IMG/VR virus record: IMGVR_UViG_3300005859_000008
Span: 1 to 26,564 of that record
Strand: one strand, 5' to 3'
DNA: 26,564 nt
Part shown: positions 14,376-23,574 of the stretch, in pieces
How positions within the stretch are numbered: the first letter of the stretch is position 1
How the letters are laid out: every line of letters starts with the position of its first letter
Notes under the pieces: model-generated
What the model saw: the letters and a program-made list of their open reading frames with translations, nothing else
Told to the model about the DNA's origin: nothing
The model's database searches: none
Made by a program: the position numbers and the translations under genes

Positions 14376-16028
14376 AGAACAATAATTGTTTATAACTTTT
14401 GCATTTCCAGAAATATATATACCACCAGAATTCTTTTTACAAATTAAATTTTTAATTATTGCATAATCGTTAATTTTAATAATTCCAGAATTATTTTGAA
14501 TTTTTAATGTTATAATGTTTGAATTCCCATTTATATTAATAGTTCCAAGATTTTGATTAATTAATAAATTGTTTACATAAGAATTATTATTGATTTGAAT
14601 TGTTCCTAAATTATATTGTAAAATAAAAGAATTTACAGAACTAAAGTCTTGTAATTTTATAGTTCCATTATTAATATTCATTATAAGATTTGCAATTGTT
14701 CCATAAATAGTAATTGTTTGAAAATTATTATAAATTAGAAGATTTTTAACATAAACATTATTTTGAATTGGAATATCATCCATCAAATTTGCAATTAAGA
14801 CATTTAAAAATGTAGTTGTAGATTTTAATAAATTATTAAATTCATTACCATAACAACTTAACAAGAAATATTGATTATAATTAAAAGTTAAGAGTTGATT
14901 AACGTTATATACTATATTATCAAATTGTAAAGATTTTACGATTTCATTTGACTGGACATACGACATTCTTTTTTGTAATTGCATTATTGAAAAATTCGCT
15001 AATTCTATAATTGCATCAATTAGAGAATTGAAATAATCTGTAGTTAAAGGAAGTCCCTTTCTAGCTTTAATTAAAGGTGTAAATGCATATGGCTGAAAGT
15101 TTTCATAGAAATTATAGAAATCAAGAATTGCATTATATATATTTTGTGGGTATTGAAATTGAGACAAATAATTTATGTATTTATAAACACTGTATGCTAG
15201 ATAAAGGTCTTGTACAATTTCATTCCATAATTTTGATGAAATTAAAGAATATTTTTTTGGCGGAATTAATAATTTTGTAATTTGATAAAACGGTTTACAT
15301 AAAATAAATTTATAAGATATTTTACATTCATTTGGGAAAAGAATTGAATATGGCAAATGATTATTTTCTAAAAAATCTATAACTTGTTGATTTGCAAGAA
15401 ATTTTATATCTGTTGAAAAAAACGCACCGAAAAGGTGGCAATTACACGGTGTTATAAATTGTACAGACGTGTTATTCTGGATAAGAAATGCTTGACAAGT
15501 AGTAATTACTAAATAATTATTTAAATTGTCTAATGAAATAATTGAATAAATGGTATAATTACTACAACATGGTTGTGGTGTTGTAGATTGGATATTGTAA
15601 CCTTGACAAAACCCAGTTTTTTCTTGTTGATCATAATTACTTTGTATAGTCATATTTTGAACTGGGGAAATTGTAGTATTCTGAAAAGTCATAGTTAAAT
15701 TTGGAACAATTTGACAAGTTCCAACATTATAAAATTCAATTCCCTCAGGATAAATCAAAATTAACATATAATATCCTTGATAAAGTGATAAATCTACAAT
15801 AAAATTTTGTCCGACTTGAGCAAATCCAAATTCATCTGGATTTACACAAAAATAATGTCCATAACCAAAATTAAATGGATATTTTGAGAATAGAAATATA
15901 ACTAAAGAATTTACAGATAATGAAAATTGTAAAACATTAAAATTTACAGGATTCGATGTAAACATGGCTATTACTTCAAGAGATTGTACTGAAGGTAAAT
16001 TTAATTGTACACAATAATTTGAAGACAT
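14370..16028 (-). CDS. Probable virion/fibre-associated protein, SIRV ORF309/417-like, with C-terminal beta-solenoid (552 aa)
   Basis: Synteny downstream of the ORF564-like gene; GGTGA SD; five consecutive 20-aa-period NxGxIxI repeats at the C-terminus; Cys-rich. Confidence 0.8.
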   Translation of the reverse strand: MSSNYCVQLNLPSVQSLEVIAMFTSNPVNFNVLQFSLSVNSLVIFLFSKYPFNFGYGHYFCVNPDEFGFAQVGQNFIVDLSLYQGYYMLILIYPEGIEFYNVGTCQIVPNLTMTFQNTTISPVQNMTIQSNYDQQEKTGFCQGYNIQSTTPQPCCSNYTIYSIISLDNLNNYLVITTCQAFLIQNNTSVQFITPCNCHLFGAFFSTDIKFLANQQVIDFLENNHLPYSILFPNECKISYKFILCKPFYQITKLLIPPKKYSLISSKLWNEIVQDLYLAYSVYKYINYLSQFQYPQNIYNAILDFYNFYENFQPYAFTPLIKARKGLPLTTDYFNSLIDAIIELANFSIMQLQKRMSYVQSNEIVKSLQFDNIVYNVNQLLTFNYNQYFLLSCYGNEFNNLLKSTTTFLNVLIANLMDDIPIQNNVYVKNLLIYNNFQTITIYGTIANLIMNINNGTIKLQDFSSVNSFILQYNLGTIQINNNSYVNNLLINQNLGTININGNSNIITLKIQNNSGIIKINDYAIIKNLICKKNSGGIYISGNAKVINNYCSS

Positions 16029-16038
16029 TTTTTCACCA

Positions 16039-17712
16039 TTAGGTTAAAATTGTTATTTCTTGTGGTTGAGAATTTATAGGCATTAAATTATTTGGCGGAT
16101 AAGTCCTTACTCTCAACCAATAAACTATCATTCCATTTGGAGCATAAGATGCCTCATTATTTCCTACCATGATTTCAAAAGGCAGAGATGCTGTATTTGA
16201 CGCCTCAACGATATATCCAGTAGTAATTTGATAGTTTTGAAAAGTATAATATAATGTTGAAGTATAGATATGTGACCAAATTGAAACAGGAAATAAATTG
16301 TTAGAAGGTGTAGAAAGATTTCCGTAAAAAGAATTTCCACCTTGATTTGACCTTACTTCTGCATTATTTCCACCTTCAAAATCTAGAAGTGTATATGTCC
16401 CTCCTTGAGAAGGAAATCCGTAACTAGAAGATAAATAATTGCTAAATCCCACCATATTCCAGCCCCAAGAATCTCCTGATGGACTTGTTGATTGTGTTCC
16501 ATAATATTCAATTATAATTGGTGGAGAATACGAATTTACAGTAGCTATACCGTTTTCTCCTCCAGCTTCTGTAGTTCCGCCCTTTATTGTCACACCGTTA
16601 TTAAATGTTACAGTTCCGTTGCTCTGATATACATTTATTCCATTTGGAGATGAATTACCAACAAAATTCCAATAATCTACAAATACATTTTCACCATTAT
16701 CATATTGTGCATATACAGAAGTTAGTTGTGGTGCCATCCCAGTGTAAGGATATTGTATAGAATTTCTAACAAACATATATATAGTCAATGAACCATTAGC
16801 TGGAATTGAAATTGGTAAATTAATCCAAATATAAACATTTGTTAAATTAGAATTATAGCTTTCTATCCATGAATAAAGTGAAGTATTACAATTAATATCT
16901 AGACAAAATTGTAAATTTAAAAGTTGAGATGGATTGGATAAAATATTAGATAAATCTAGTTGTAATAATTGTTGAAATGGAGTTGGAGTTGGGTCTGATT
17001 GGTTGTTTGTTATAGTAATTGTATAAGCAGTTGTTGGACTTTGAATAAACCCAATCTCTAGACTTAATAAAGTTGGATCAGTAGCATTTAATTCAATTTC
17101 AGATGGAGAACTTGTTGTTATTTTTAAACAATTTTTAGGCATTAAATAAATCGCGTTATTTATCTGAACTGTAGAATTTCCTAAATTCTGAATTTGTATT
17201 TCTCTCCAAGTTTGTAGATAAGACGGGTCAAGATAATTCTTAATAAGTTCTTCAATAGTTGAAGTTCCAGAAAATGTAAATTGTGTTCCAGCAATTTGTG
17301 ACGGAGTTACAATTTTTGAAATTACTTTTGGAATCAAAAGTTGTATTTGTCTATATATTTTTGACAATTGTATTTGAAAATTTGGAATTTGTGTTATAAC
17401 ATTTTGTAATTCTATAGAAGGTTTAATAGACATATCTAGAAATGGTTGTTGTTTCCCCTGACCAAAAGTATAAGCTTGAGGTTGAGATAAATTATGTAAA
17501 ACGTTATATCCATTTACTTTTAAAGCTGAAACGTATAACATTTTTGCAATTATTTCATTTAGATTTTGTAAATTGTAATTTTGATAATATTGAAGAAGTT
17601 TTGCGGAACCATATTGATCCAAAAACAGAAGATTTTTGACAAAGTTATTCCAGTCCTGAAGTGTTAGATATTCTAATGGAAGTTTAAACTTGACTGGATA
17701 TGGTGTAGGCAT
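16039..17712 (-). CDS. Minor structural protein, SIRV2 ORF564-like, with DUF2341-like/beta-sandwich C-terminal region (557 aa)
   Basis: ITITNNQ..PTPFQQLL..YSWIES..IWINLP..IPAN..TIYM..YDNGENVF signature. Start placed at ATG 17712 because it is the exact mirror of ATG 13027 in the inverted repeat (the track gives TTG 17736). Confidence 0.85.
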   Translation of the reverse strand: MPTPYPVKFKLPLEYLTLQDWNNFVKNLLFLDQYGSAKLLQYYQNYNLQNLNEIIAKMLYVSALKVNGYNVLHNLSQPQAYTFGQGKQQPFLDMSIKPSIELQNVITQIPNFQIQLSKIYRQIQLLIPKVISKIVTPSQIAGTQFTFSGTSTIEELIKNYLDPSYLQTWREIQIQNLGNSTVQINNAIYLMPKNCLKITTSSPSEIELNATDPTLLSLEIGFIQSPTTAYTITITNNQSDPTPTPFQQLLQLDLSNILSNPSQLLNLQFCLDINCNTSLYSWIESYNSNLTNVYIWINLPISIPANGSLTIYMFVRNSIQYPYTGMAPQLTSVYAQYDNGENVFVDYWNFVGNSSPNGINVYQSNGTVTFNNGVTIKGGTTEAGGENGIATVNSYSPPIIIEYYGTQSTSPSGDSWGWNMVGFSNYLSSSYGFPSQGGTYTLLDFEGGNNAEVRSNQGGNSFYGNLSTPSNNLFPVSIWSHIYTSTLYYTFQNYQITTGYIVEASNTASLPFEIMVGNNEASYAPNGMIVYWLRVRTYPPNNLMPINSQPQEITILT

Positions 17713-17858
17713 TAAATACATTTTATAAATTGACAAAAATAAAGTGACATAACTTATATATCATATTATGTATATTACTTGTCATTACTATTCTTAACTT
17801 TTTACGTTAAATTAGAAACAACACAATATACCTTATATTATATATATGGCATATTGTT
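17710..17858 (-). repeat. Right arm of the 149-bp inverted repeat (promoter region of the ORF564-like gene)
   Basis: Mirror of 12881-13029 (paired coordinates sum to 30739). Confidence 0.85.
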
Positions 17859-17865
17859 AGTCTTT

Positions 17866-18681
17866 TCAAGTTTTGAAATTTTTCATATATTCTATAACTT
17901 TCATAATATCAAGATGTGTATCTTTTTGGATTTGTAATATGTAATTTTGGTCTTGTAAAATCTGTAATATTTTATCTTTGTTTTGTACAAAGAAATTATA
18001 AAGTTCTGGATGATTTTGATACCAATCATTTTTTCCATTTTTTAAATCATTATCAATTTCTCCAAGAAGAAACGCTAATTGTCTAACATCAATTTCTTTT
18101 CTAACTGATTTAAATATTACTCCTAGTACAGAGAAATAGGGTTTATACTTATAGAGACACATGTTAAAATTTCTTCCTTCTTTACAACTTACTTTCTTCG
18201 GATTATAAATTTTAGCTACTAAACCCTCAAGTCTTTCTTTAGTTATAATTTCAATTAAATCATCTATGTCAAGATAAAATTCTGGAAACCAATTCCAAAT
18301 TGTACTATCTAATCTTAAGGGATGTACATATTTTCCAAGCTCTTTGTCAAAGACATCATATATGATAAATTGTGGAATTTCATTTGTATGGATTTGTAAT
18401 GCTGACGTCTTTTTATGTACAAGTTCCCCATGAATTATATATTGTGAATGTTCTTTTAAATAATTTACAACTTCCTCAATTCCTGGAACTTTCATAAAGA
18501 GTTCTTGAAAAGATTTGTCATGAGGTATATCTTTTCTAGTATTTATTTCTAATATTCCTTGATATTTCAAACAAATATGTGTTCCGTCATATTTTATTTG
18601 ATAATATACATCTTCTTCTAGATTTTTTAAATCTTGATAACTTATATTTTCAGCTTCGTAATGACATAGATTTGTTTGCAT
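17866..18681 (-). CDS. ATP-dependent RNA-ligase-type nucleotidyltransferase (271 aa)
   Basis: Motif I KYDG, Ia TR, III HGELV, IIIa FIIYDV, IV EGLVAK, V YKYK. Short helical-looking C-terminus with no obvious OB fold. Own TAAATAAATTTGTC promoter. Confidence 0.85.
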   Translation of the reverse strand: MQTNLCHYEAENISYQDLKNLEEDVYYQIKYDGTHICLKYQGILEINTRKDIPHDKSFQELFMKVPGIEEVVNYLKEHSQYIIHGELVHKKTSALQIHTNEIPQFIIYDVFDKELGKYVHPLRLDSTIWNWFPEFYLDIDDLIEIITKERLEGLVAKIYNPKKVSCKEGRNFNMCLYKYKPYFSVLGVIFKSVRKEIDVRQLAFLLGEIDNDLKNGKNDWYQNHPELYNFFVQNKDKILQILQDQNYILQIQKDTHLDIMKVIEYMKNFKT

Positions 18682-18712
18682 GGATAAGAATAAAAAATTA
18701 CGACAAATTTAT

Positions 18713-21700
18713 TTAATAATTACTTCTTAACTGCCAATTTAATAGAATTAATTGTATCTCCTCATCTGTAAGTCCATATTTTTTCAGTTGTTGTAGATAT
18801 GATTGAGCTGTATTTAGATCAATTTTATGTTTCTCAAACAACAAATTGATTGTTTCTATAATTTGACTTACATATCTACTAACTCTTCTATTTCTAGCAT
18901 ATTCCATATAAGTATTCTGTAAATCTGATGGAATTTGGAATTCTGAAAATACTTTTTGTAGAAGTTGATTCGGATTTGATATATATTCAGAAATTTCTAA
19001 AGCTTTGGAAGGTGTAATATAAAGTTCTTGGTAACCCATTATTATTTTCTTAATTTGGGCTGATAATTTCAAAACACCAAGAAATGTCTCAGTAAATCCA
19101 TATTGTTTCATTAGATTTTCTAATTGTGTATTCTGGATTCCATAAATTAGAGTATCTATATATTCCGTCTTTAAAGTATGTACATAAACGCCTATAAGTT
19201 CATGTTGATAAACATCTAGATATAGATTTATAAATTCTGAAGGAATAAATGATAATTCTACAAGTTTCTGAATTGGATAATTATACTTAAATGCCTTTTC
19301 TATTTCTTCAATTTTCGGGATATATCTTTTCCAAAGTTCTAGACCAAAACTAGTTACATATTGGTCTAACAAAATCTTTATTTGATTGTCTGGAATTCCT
19401 AATTTTTTCAATTCAGATTCTGCATTTCCTAAGTTTACGGGAATTTTCCCGACTCTGTAAAGTTGTCCTTCTATAATGTTTGAAATTATTGTATGTATAT
19501 TGTAGAATGTTGGAGTATAAGTTTGTACAAACAAATTAGCTACATTTTTTTCCATTCCTAATTTCTCAAGTTCTTTAACGGCATTATCTGGCTTAATTTC
19601 TAGATTTCTTAGTAATGATTTTATATACTCAAGTCCTATTTCAAGTTGGTAAATTTGAGTTTCTGGAATAATCTCATAATCTACAACTTCCTTCGGTAAT
19701 TTCTTGATATCTGTAACTATACCATGTCTTGCTAAAGTTCTATAATAATCCACAATTTTTGGAAAAACATATTCAAAGTAGAACTTTTTACTATACAAAT
19801 CAACAGCTGTATTATCCTTAAGAATCTTTGATAATTCTGTAGCTAATTGTTTCTCATCATAATACAAATTCTTAGCTAAAGTTTCTATATAAGATAAATG
19901 TAATTTAGTAATTGGAATATTATAATCATTTTGTATTATCTCATTTACAAGATAATCGTTAATTTTCAATTTTCTTAATTCAGAATCAACAACTTTTGAG
20001 TCAACTAAGAAGTTTCTCAATTGTTCTTTTATAACTGATAATGTTGTAGATATTGTAATTTCTTGATTTACATAATTGGAAAATATATCTTCAAATTCCT
20101 TAATTACGCCAATTGAATGTAATTGTTTTTTAATCTCATCAAATGACAGATATCCTTTCTTTCCAAGATTTTCTATCTGTGAAATCTGGTATTTTATTAA
20201 ACGTGATGTTTGATATTCAAAAATTACTTCAGAAATTATAGATGAATCAAATCCAATAGTTTTTAAATCTTTTTCAGCATTTCCAGGAGTAATAACAAAG
20301 TTTTCTAGTTTAAATTGAAATTCCTTTAGGAGATATTGTAATCTAATATATTCTAATTCAAAGTCAAGAACTTCTAGAGCTACCTTTTCGTTAAATTTAT
20401 TAGCTTTTAACGTTTCTTTTATTTTCTTTTCGTCAAAAATTCCTAATCTAGTAATTTGTTGTAATTGTCTAAGTAAAAGTTCATTAGCATATACAAGTTG
20501 TGATTGTTCTATCATTACGTCAAAAACGTCTTGGACTTCTTTAGGATAATTTAACTCCTTAAATAATTTCTTGATTGTGGATTCTAAATATTTTAAGTCT
20601 ACATATGGTCTTCCGAAATTTGATAAGGCACGTGATAATAGACTTCGTAAAAATTGTCTCACAATTCTTTGTACAGCATATTTATACTCAAGAGAGAAAA
20701 CTTTTAGAAATAAATCTCTACCAGCTAAATTAACATTCTGTATAATCTCGTTATAAGCGTCTTCTGGAGAAACTACAAATTGTCTTATTCCTTGTTCTAC
20801 AGCTCTTTGTAGAAGTTTAGCTGTCTGATTTTGATACATTAATTTAGCAGTTTTTGGAGTTATTAAGTTATTAAATGCATATTGAGAAACTGAAGAAATA
20901 TCTAAAATTCCATATTGAGAAGCTTGAATAACATCGCGGATATTTACAGATTTAAATAATGGATTTCTGGGTACAAAATCATCTATTGGAGATTCAAGAT
21001 AAGCGTTAGTAAACCATGCTGGATAACCTGTCAGAAGTATTGTTTCCCTAAGGTGGTCTTTAATCTCATCAAATGATCTTACAGCTACCCAATTCGCAAT
21101 TAATTGGAAAGGCGGGTCTGCAAACGGTAAATCCCCAAGTCCAATTTCGTTAAAAATTTCTCTAGCCGAAATCTTGAAATCCGAAACAAAAGGTTCCTTA
21201 ATAAATTCTCTAAGTGTTTTTTCAGCCTCTTCTCTAACTTCTTTTAAAAAATCAACAGCAGAATCAGCAAATGCCTCTACAATTTCTCCAAATTTTATCG
21301 GGACTTTCCCGCCCAATCCAACTGGAGATAAGTCAATTTCAATTTCTGGAAGAATTTTTGACAATTTTTCCGTAATTTTTGGTAAAAACTTTCCAATTAC
21401 AATTGGTGTAGCAAAAGGTGTAATAAATTGTGCAATTTGAGAAATTCCAGCTCCAATATGACTCATATTCTGTCCAAATCCAGTTAGAAAATCTACAGCA
21501 ATTCCAGCTAATATTCCTGAAAATGCATTAGCTATACCAGTGAAAAATCCGTAAGCGTCATTAACGAACTGAGACGCTATATTTGCCAGGTCTTGGAATA
21601 TGCCTACAATTTGTTGTTCTAGCCATGTTAGAAATCCAGTTATTGCGGGAATTGCGGTTTGTACAAAATTTTGTAGAACTTGTAAGAAATTGTTAGCAAT

Positions 21701-21889
21701 TTTTTGCATAAATGTTGGAATATCTGAAATTGCTTGACCTAAGAAACTTGCAATATTTTCAATATCTTTAACAATTGTATTAAAAAAGTTTATAAAGTCA
21801 GAAGCTAAAAAATTTGTAAAATTTTCGAGAGCTGACAATTCATCTGAAAAAAATGTTCCTAAATCTCCTAAATCCAATATGAAACTCAT
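18713..21889 (-). CDS. Large terminal (tail) fibre structural protein, SIRV ORF1070-like (1058 aa)
   Basis: Size, amphipathic helical N-terminus, repeated helical xLKxLG units, synteny with the resolvase and ORF564. Confidence 0.92.
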   Translation of the reverse strand: MSFILDLGDLGTFFSDELSALENFTNFLASDFINFFNTIVKDIENIASFLGQAISDIPTFMQKIANNFLQVLQNFVQTAIPAITGFLTWLEQQIVGIFQDLANIASQFVNDAYGFFTGIANAFSGILAGIAVDFLTGFGQNMSHIGAGISQIAQFITPFATPIVIGKFLPKITEKLSKILPEIEIDLSPVGLGGKVPIKFGEIVEAFADSAVDFLKEVREEAEKTLREFIKEPFVSDFKISAREIFNEIGLGDLPFADPPFQLIANWVAVRSFDEIKDHLRETILLTGYPAWFTNAYLESPIDDFVPRNPLFKSVNIRDVIQASQYGILDISSVSQYAFNNLITPKTAKLMYQNQTAKLLQRAVEQGIRQFVVSPEDAYNEIIQNVNLAGRDLFLKVFSLEYKYAVQRIVRQFLRSLLSRALSNFGRPYVDLKYLESTIKKLFKELNYPKEVQDVFDVMIEQSQLVYANELLLRQLQQITRLGIFDEKKIKETLKANKFNEKVALEVLDFELEYIRLQYLLKEFQFKLENFVITPGNAEKDLKTIGFDSSIISEVIFEYQTSRLIKYQISQIENLGKKGYLSFDEIKKQLHSIGVIKEFEDIFSNYVNQEITISTTLSVIKEQLRNFLVDSKVVDSELRKLKINDYLVNEIIQNDYNIPITKLHLSYIETLAKNLYYDEKQLATELSKILKDNTAVDLYSKKFYFEYVFPKIVDYYRTLARHGIVTDIKKLPKEVVDYEIIPETQIYQLEIGLEYIKSLLRNLEIKPDNAVKELEKLGMEKNVANLFVQTYTPTFYNIHTIISNIIEGQLYRVGKIPVNLGNAESELKKLGIPDNQIKILLDQYVTSFGLELWKRYIPKIEEIEKAFKYNYPIQKLVELSFIPSEFINLYLDVYQHELIGVYVHTLKTEYIDTLIYGIQNTQLENLMKQYGFTETFLGVLKLSAQIKKIIMGYQELYITPSKALEISEYISNPNQLLQKVFSEFQIPSDLQNTYMEYARNRRVSRYVSQIIETINLLFEKHKIDLNTAQSYLQQLKKYGLTDEEIQLILLNWQLRSNY

Positions 21890-22411
21890 ATTATTATTAT
21901 ATTCGTTTTGTTAATATTAATTTTTTAATGTCAAAGTAAAAATTTGTAAATGTCAAAAAATACAAAATTGTCTTTTCTTTTAATTCTACATATGATATTT
22001 TTTCTTAGATTAGAGGTAAAAAATTGTAATGGTAAGTATATAAATCACCTTTTAAACTTTTACCAAAATATTTTTAAACCCTTATCTCTCGTTATTTTTG
22101 TTTTTGTAAACGTTAATTTACGTAAAATAACGGCGTAAAAAGGTTTTTAAAGAAAAAAATTTTAGTTCGAAAGGTATAACCCAAATTTGTTATCTCTTTA
22201 AACTGAAATTTTTCCAAAATATCTTATCATTTGAAAAATTAACCCAAAATTGAAAAAAATTGAAATTGTTTTTATTATCAATTAAAAATTGTAAGAAATT
22301 AAAACAAGTAAATTTTGTTGATTACCCATATAATAAACATTATGAATATGTCTTTTAGGTCAATATTTAACTTAAAAATTATAATGTTAAAAAAATGAAA
22401 AAAATTTAAAT

Positions 22412-22621
22412 TTAGGATTTTTCTTCTTCCTCTACTTTCACTTGCATTTTTCTCATTTCTTTAACAATTTTTACAACTTCTAAAGCTTTTTGGAAAACTT
22501 CAGATTTTCTAACATTTTCATCATCACATGTCGCTAAAGCCATAGTCAAATCGTCAAGAGCTAGATATAGTTTAGCTATTGTCTCTGTATTCGAATTTGA
22601 CTTTCTTTTGTTTTCTGACAT
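22412..22621 (-). CDS. Conserved rudiviral helical protein, SIRV ORF69/70-like (69 aa)
   Basis: Overlaps the 3' end of the resolvase gene, as in SIRV; size match. Confidence 0.75.
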   Translation of the reverse strand: MSENKRKSNSNTETIAKLYLALDDLTMALATCDDENVRKSEVFQKALEVVKIVKEMRKMQVKVEEEEKS

Positions 22622-22937
22622 CTTGAGTCAGATTATAAATTATGACACTTTTATGTTTTTTATAATGTACAATTACTAACGGTCTACATGAACAAAAACT
22701 AAACATCTCACAAAATTCAAACAGTTTTTCTATTTGAAAAATATCTACAATAACGAAATCTTTAGATGTGGATTTTACTTCGATTGGAAAAATTGTATTA
22801 TCTTTCGTAGCTATGATATCTGGAATAGCCTGTTTTCCAGTTCCAGATACTGGTATTCTGATAGCGTTATAACCATTTTTATCTAAAAACTCTAATGTTT
22901 TATATTCATAATATTTTCCAGATTGTCTAATATTCAT
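22572..22937 (-). CDS. hjc: Archaeal-type Holliday junction resolvase (Hjc/Hjr, SIRV ORF121-like; 121 aa)
   Basis: GKYYE, RIPVSG, PDIIA, IEVKST (PD-(D/E)xK) motifs; ATG 22937. Confidence 0.95.
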   Translation of the reverse strand: MNIRQSGKYYEYKTLEFLDKNGYNAIRIPVSGTGKQAIPDIIATKDNTIFPIEVKSTSKDFVIVDIFQIEKLFEFCEMFSFCSCRPLVIVHYKKHKSVIIYNLTQDVRKQKKVKFEYRDNS

Positions 22938-22956
22938 CAAAACAAATTTAGAAATT

Positions 22957-22985
22957 ATGACATATTTATGTTTAAATTTGTCATA
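22957..22985. promoter_or_regulatory. Bidirectional TATA-GTC promoter
   Basis: TATGACA...TGTCATA inverted arms enclosing AT boxes, between the divergent hjc and 23010 genes. Confidence 0.65.
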
Positions 22986-23009
22986 AAGAAATTTTTATAA
23001 TGATTGGAC

Positions 23010-23291
23010 ATGAATAAGGATTTGGAAAAAATTATAGAAACTTTTAAAGAAACATTTAGTTTAAGTGAGAAAGAAGTAGAAGAAATAAGAAAACAAGTCA
23101 GTTATCTTGACTATTCATTTTTTGATATATTGTCAAATTATAAAGAAGAAAGAATGAGATTATCATCTATAATTATTTATTTTGGATATGTTTTAGGTTC
23201 CCTTTTAGATGATGAGAAATCACTTGAAATATTTCTAGCAATTTTAGAGGCTGTATATACAGTTAAAAAAATTAGAGAAGAAATGAAATAA
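23010..23291 (+). CDS. Hypothetical helical protein (~93 aa)
   Basis: ATG 23010 (track TTG 23004) downstream of TTTAAATTTGTC. Confidence 0.75.
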   Translation: MNKDLEKIIETFKETFSLSEKEVEEIRKQVSYLDYSFFDILSNYKEERMRLSSIIIYFGYVLGSLLDDEKSLEIFLAILEAVYTVKKIREEMK

Positions 23292-23295
23292 TTTT

Positions 23296-23574
23296 TTATT
23301 TCTGTACACATAACTTATATTTTCCGTCTTTATAAACAAAAATATAAATTGCATTTTCTATGTAACGTTTAAAGTCTTCTTCATTTAAAGTTAATCTTTT
23401 TATATGTTCATCTTCTATTTCTTCCCATGTTTTATCATCTAAATTTATAGCAAACTCATCTACAATATCATCATCTGTTAGTACGCTTATGACATCTAGA
23501 TATAAATCATAATTTCCTTCCTTAAAACATTCTAAATTCTCAACTTCTTTATCTATAATTACTACAGATGTCAT
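23296..23574 (-). CDS. Acidic hypothetical protein (~92 aa)
   Basis: ATGA overlap with the GNAT stop favours ATG 23574; D/E-rich. Confidence 0.72.
   Translation of the reverse strand: MTSVVIIDKEVENLECFKEGNYDLYLDVISVLTDDDIVDEFAINLDDKTWEEIEDEHIKRLTLNEEDFKRYIENAIYIFVYKDGKYKLCVQK

Noticed and set aside
17866-18681. Canonical DNA ligase or mRNA capping enzyme
   Set aside because: No recognisable C-terminal OB fold or motif VI, so an RNA-ligase-like architecture fits better; DNA activity is not excluded.
21976-22012. Solitary CRISPR-repeat mimic (minus strand CTAATCTA...TAGAATTAAAAG resembling the Sulfolobus repeat GCTAATCTACTATAGAATTGAAAG)
   Set aside because: Needs a 13-nt insertion, or gives only ~15/24 ungapped matches, in very AT-rich DNA, and there is no second repeat. 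Too weak to call, but worth rechecking if a transcript is found.
21950-22138. 62-aa plus-strand ORF
   Set aside because: No SD, low-complexity translation, and it overlaps promoter-like motifs; cannot be fully excluded.
22405-22420. Internal copy of the terminal motif (AAATTTAGGATTT)
   Set aside because: A single partial unit overlapping a stop codon; expected by chance at this AT content.
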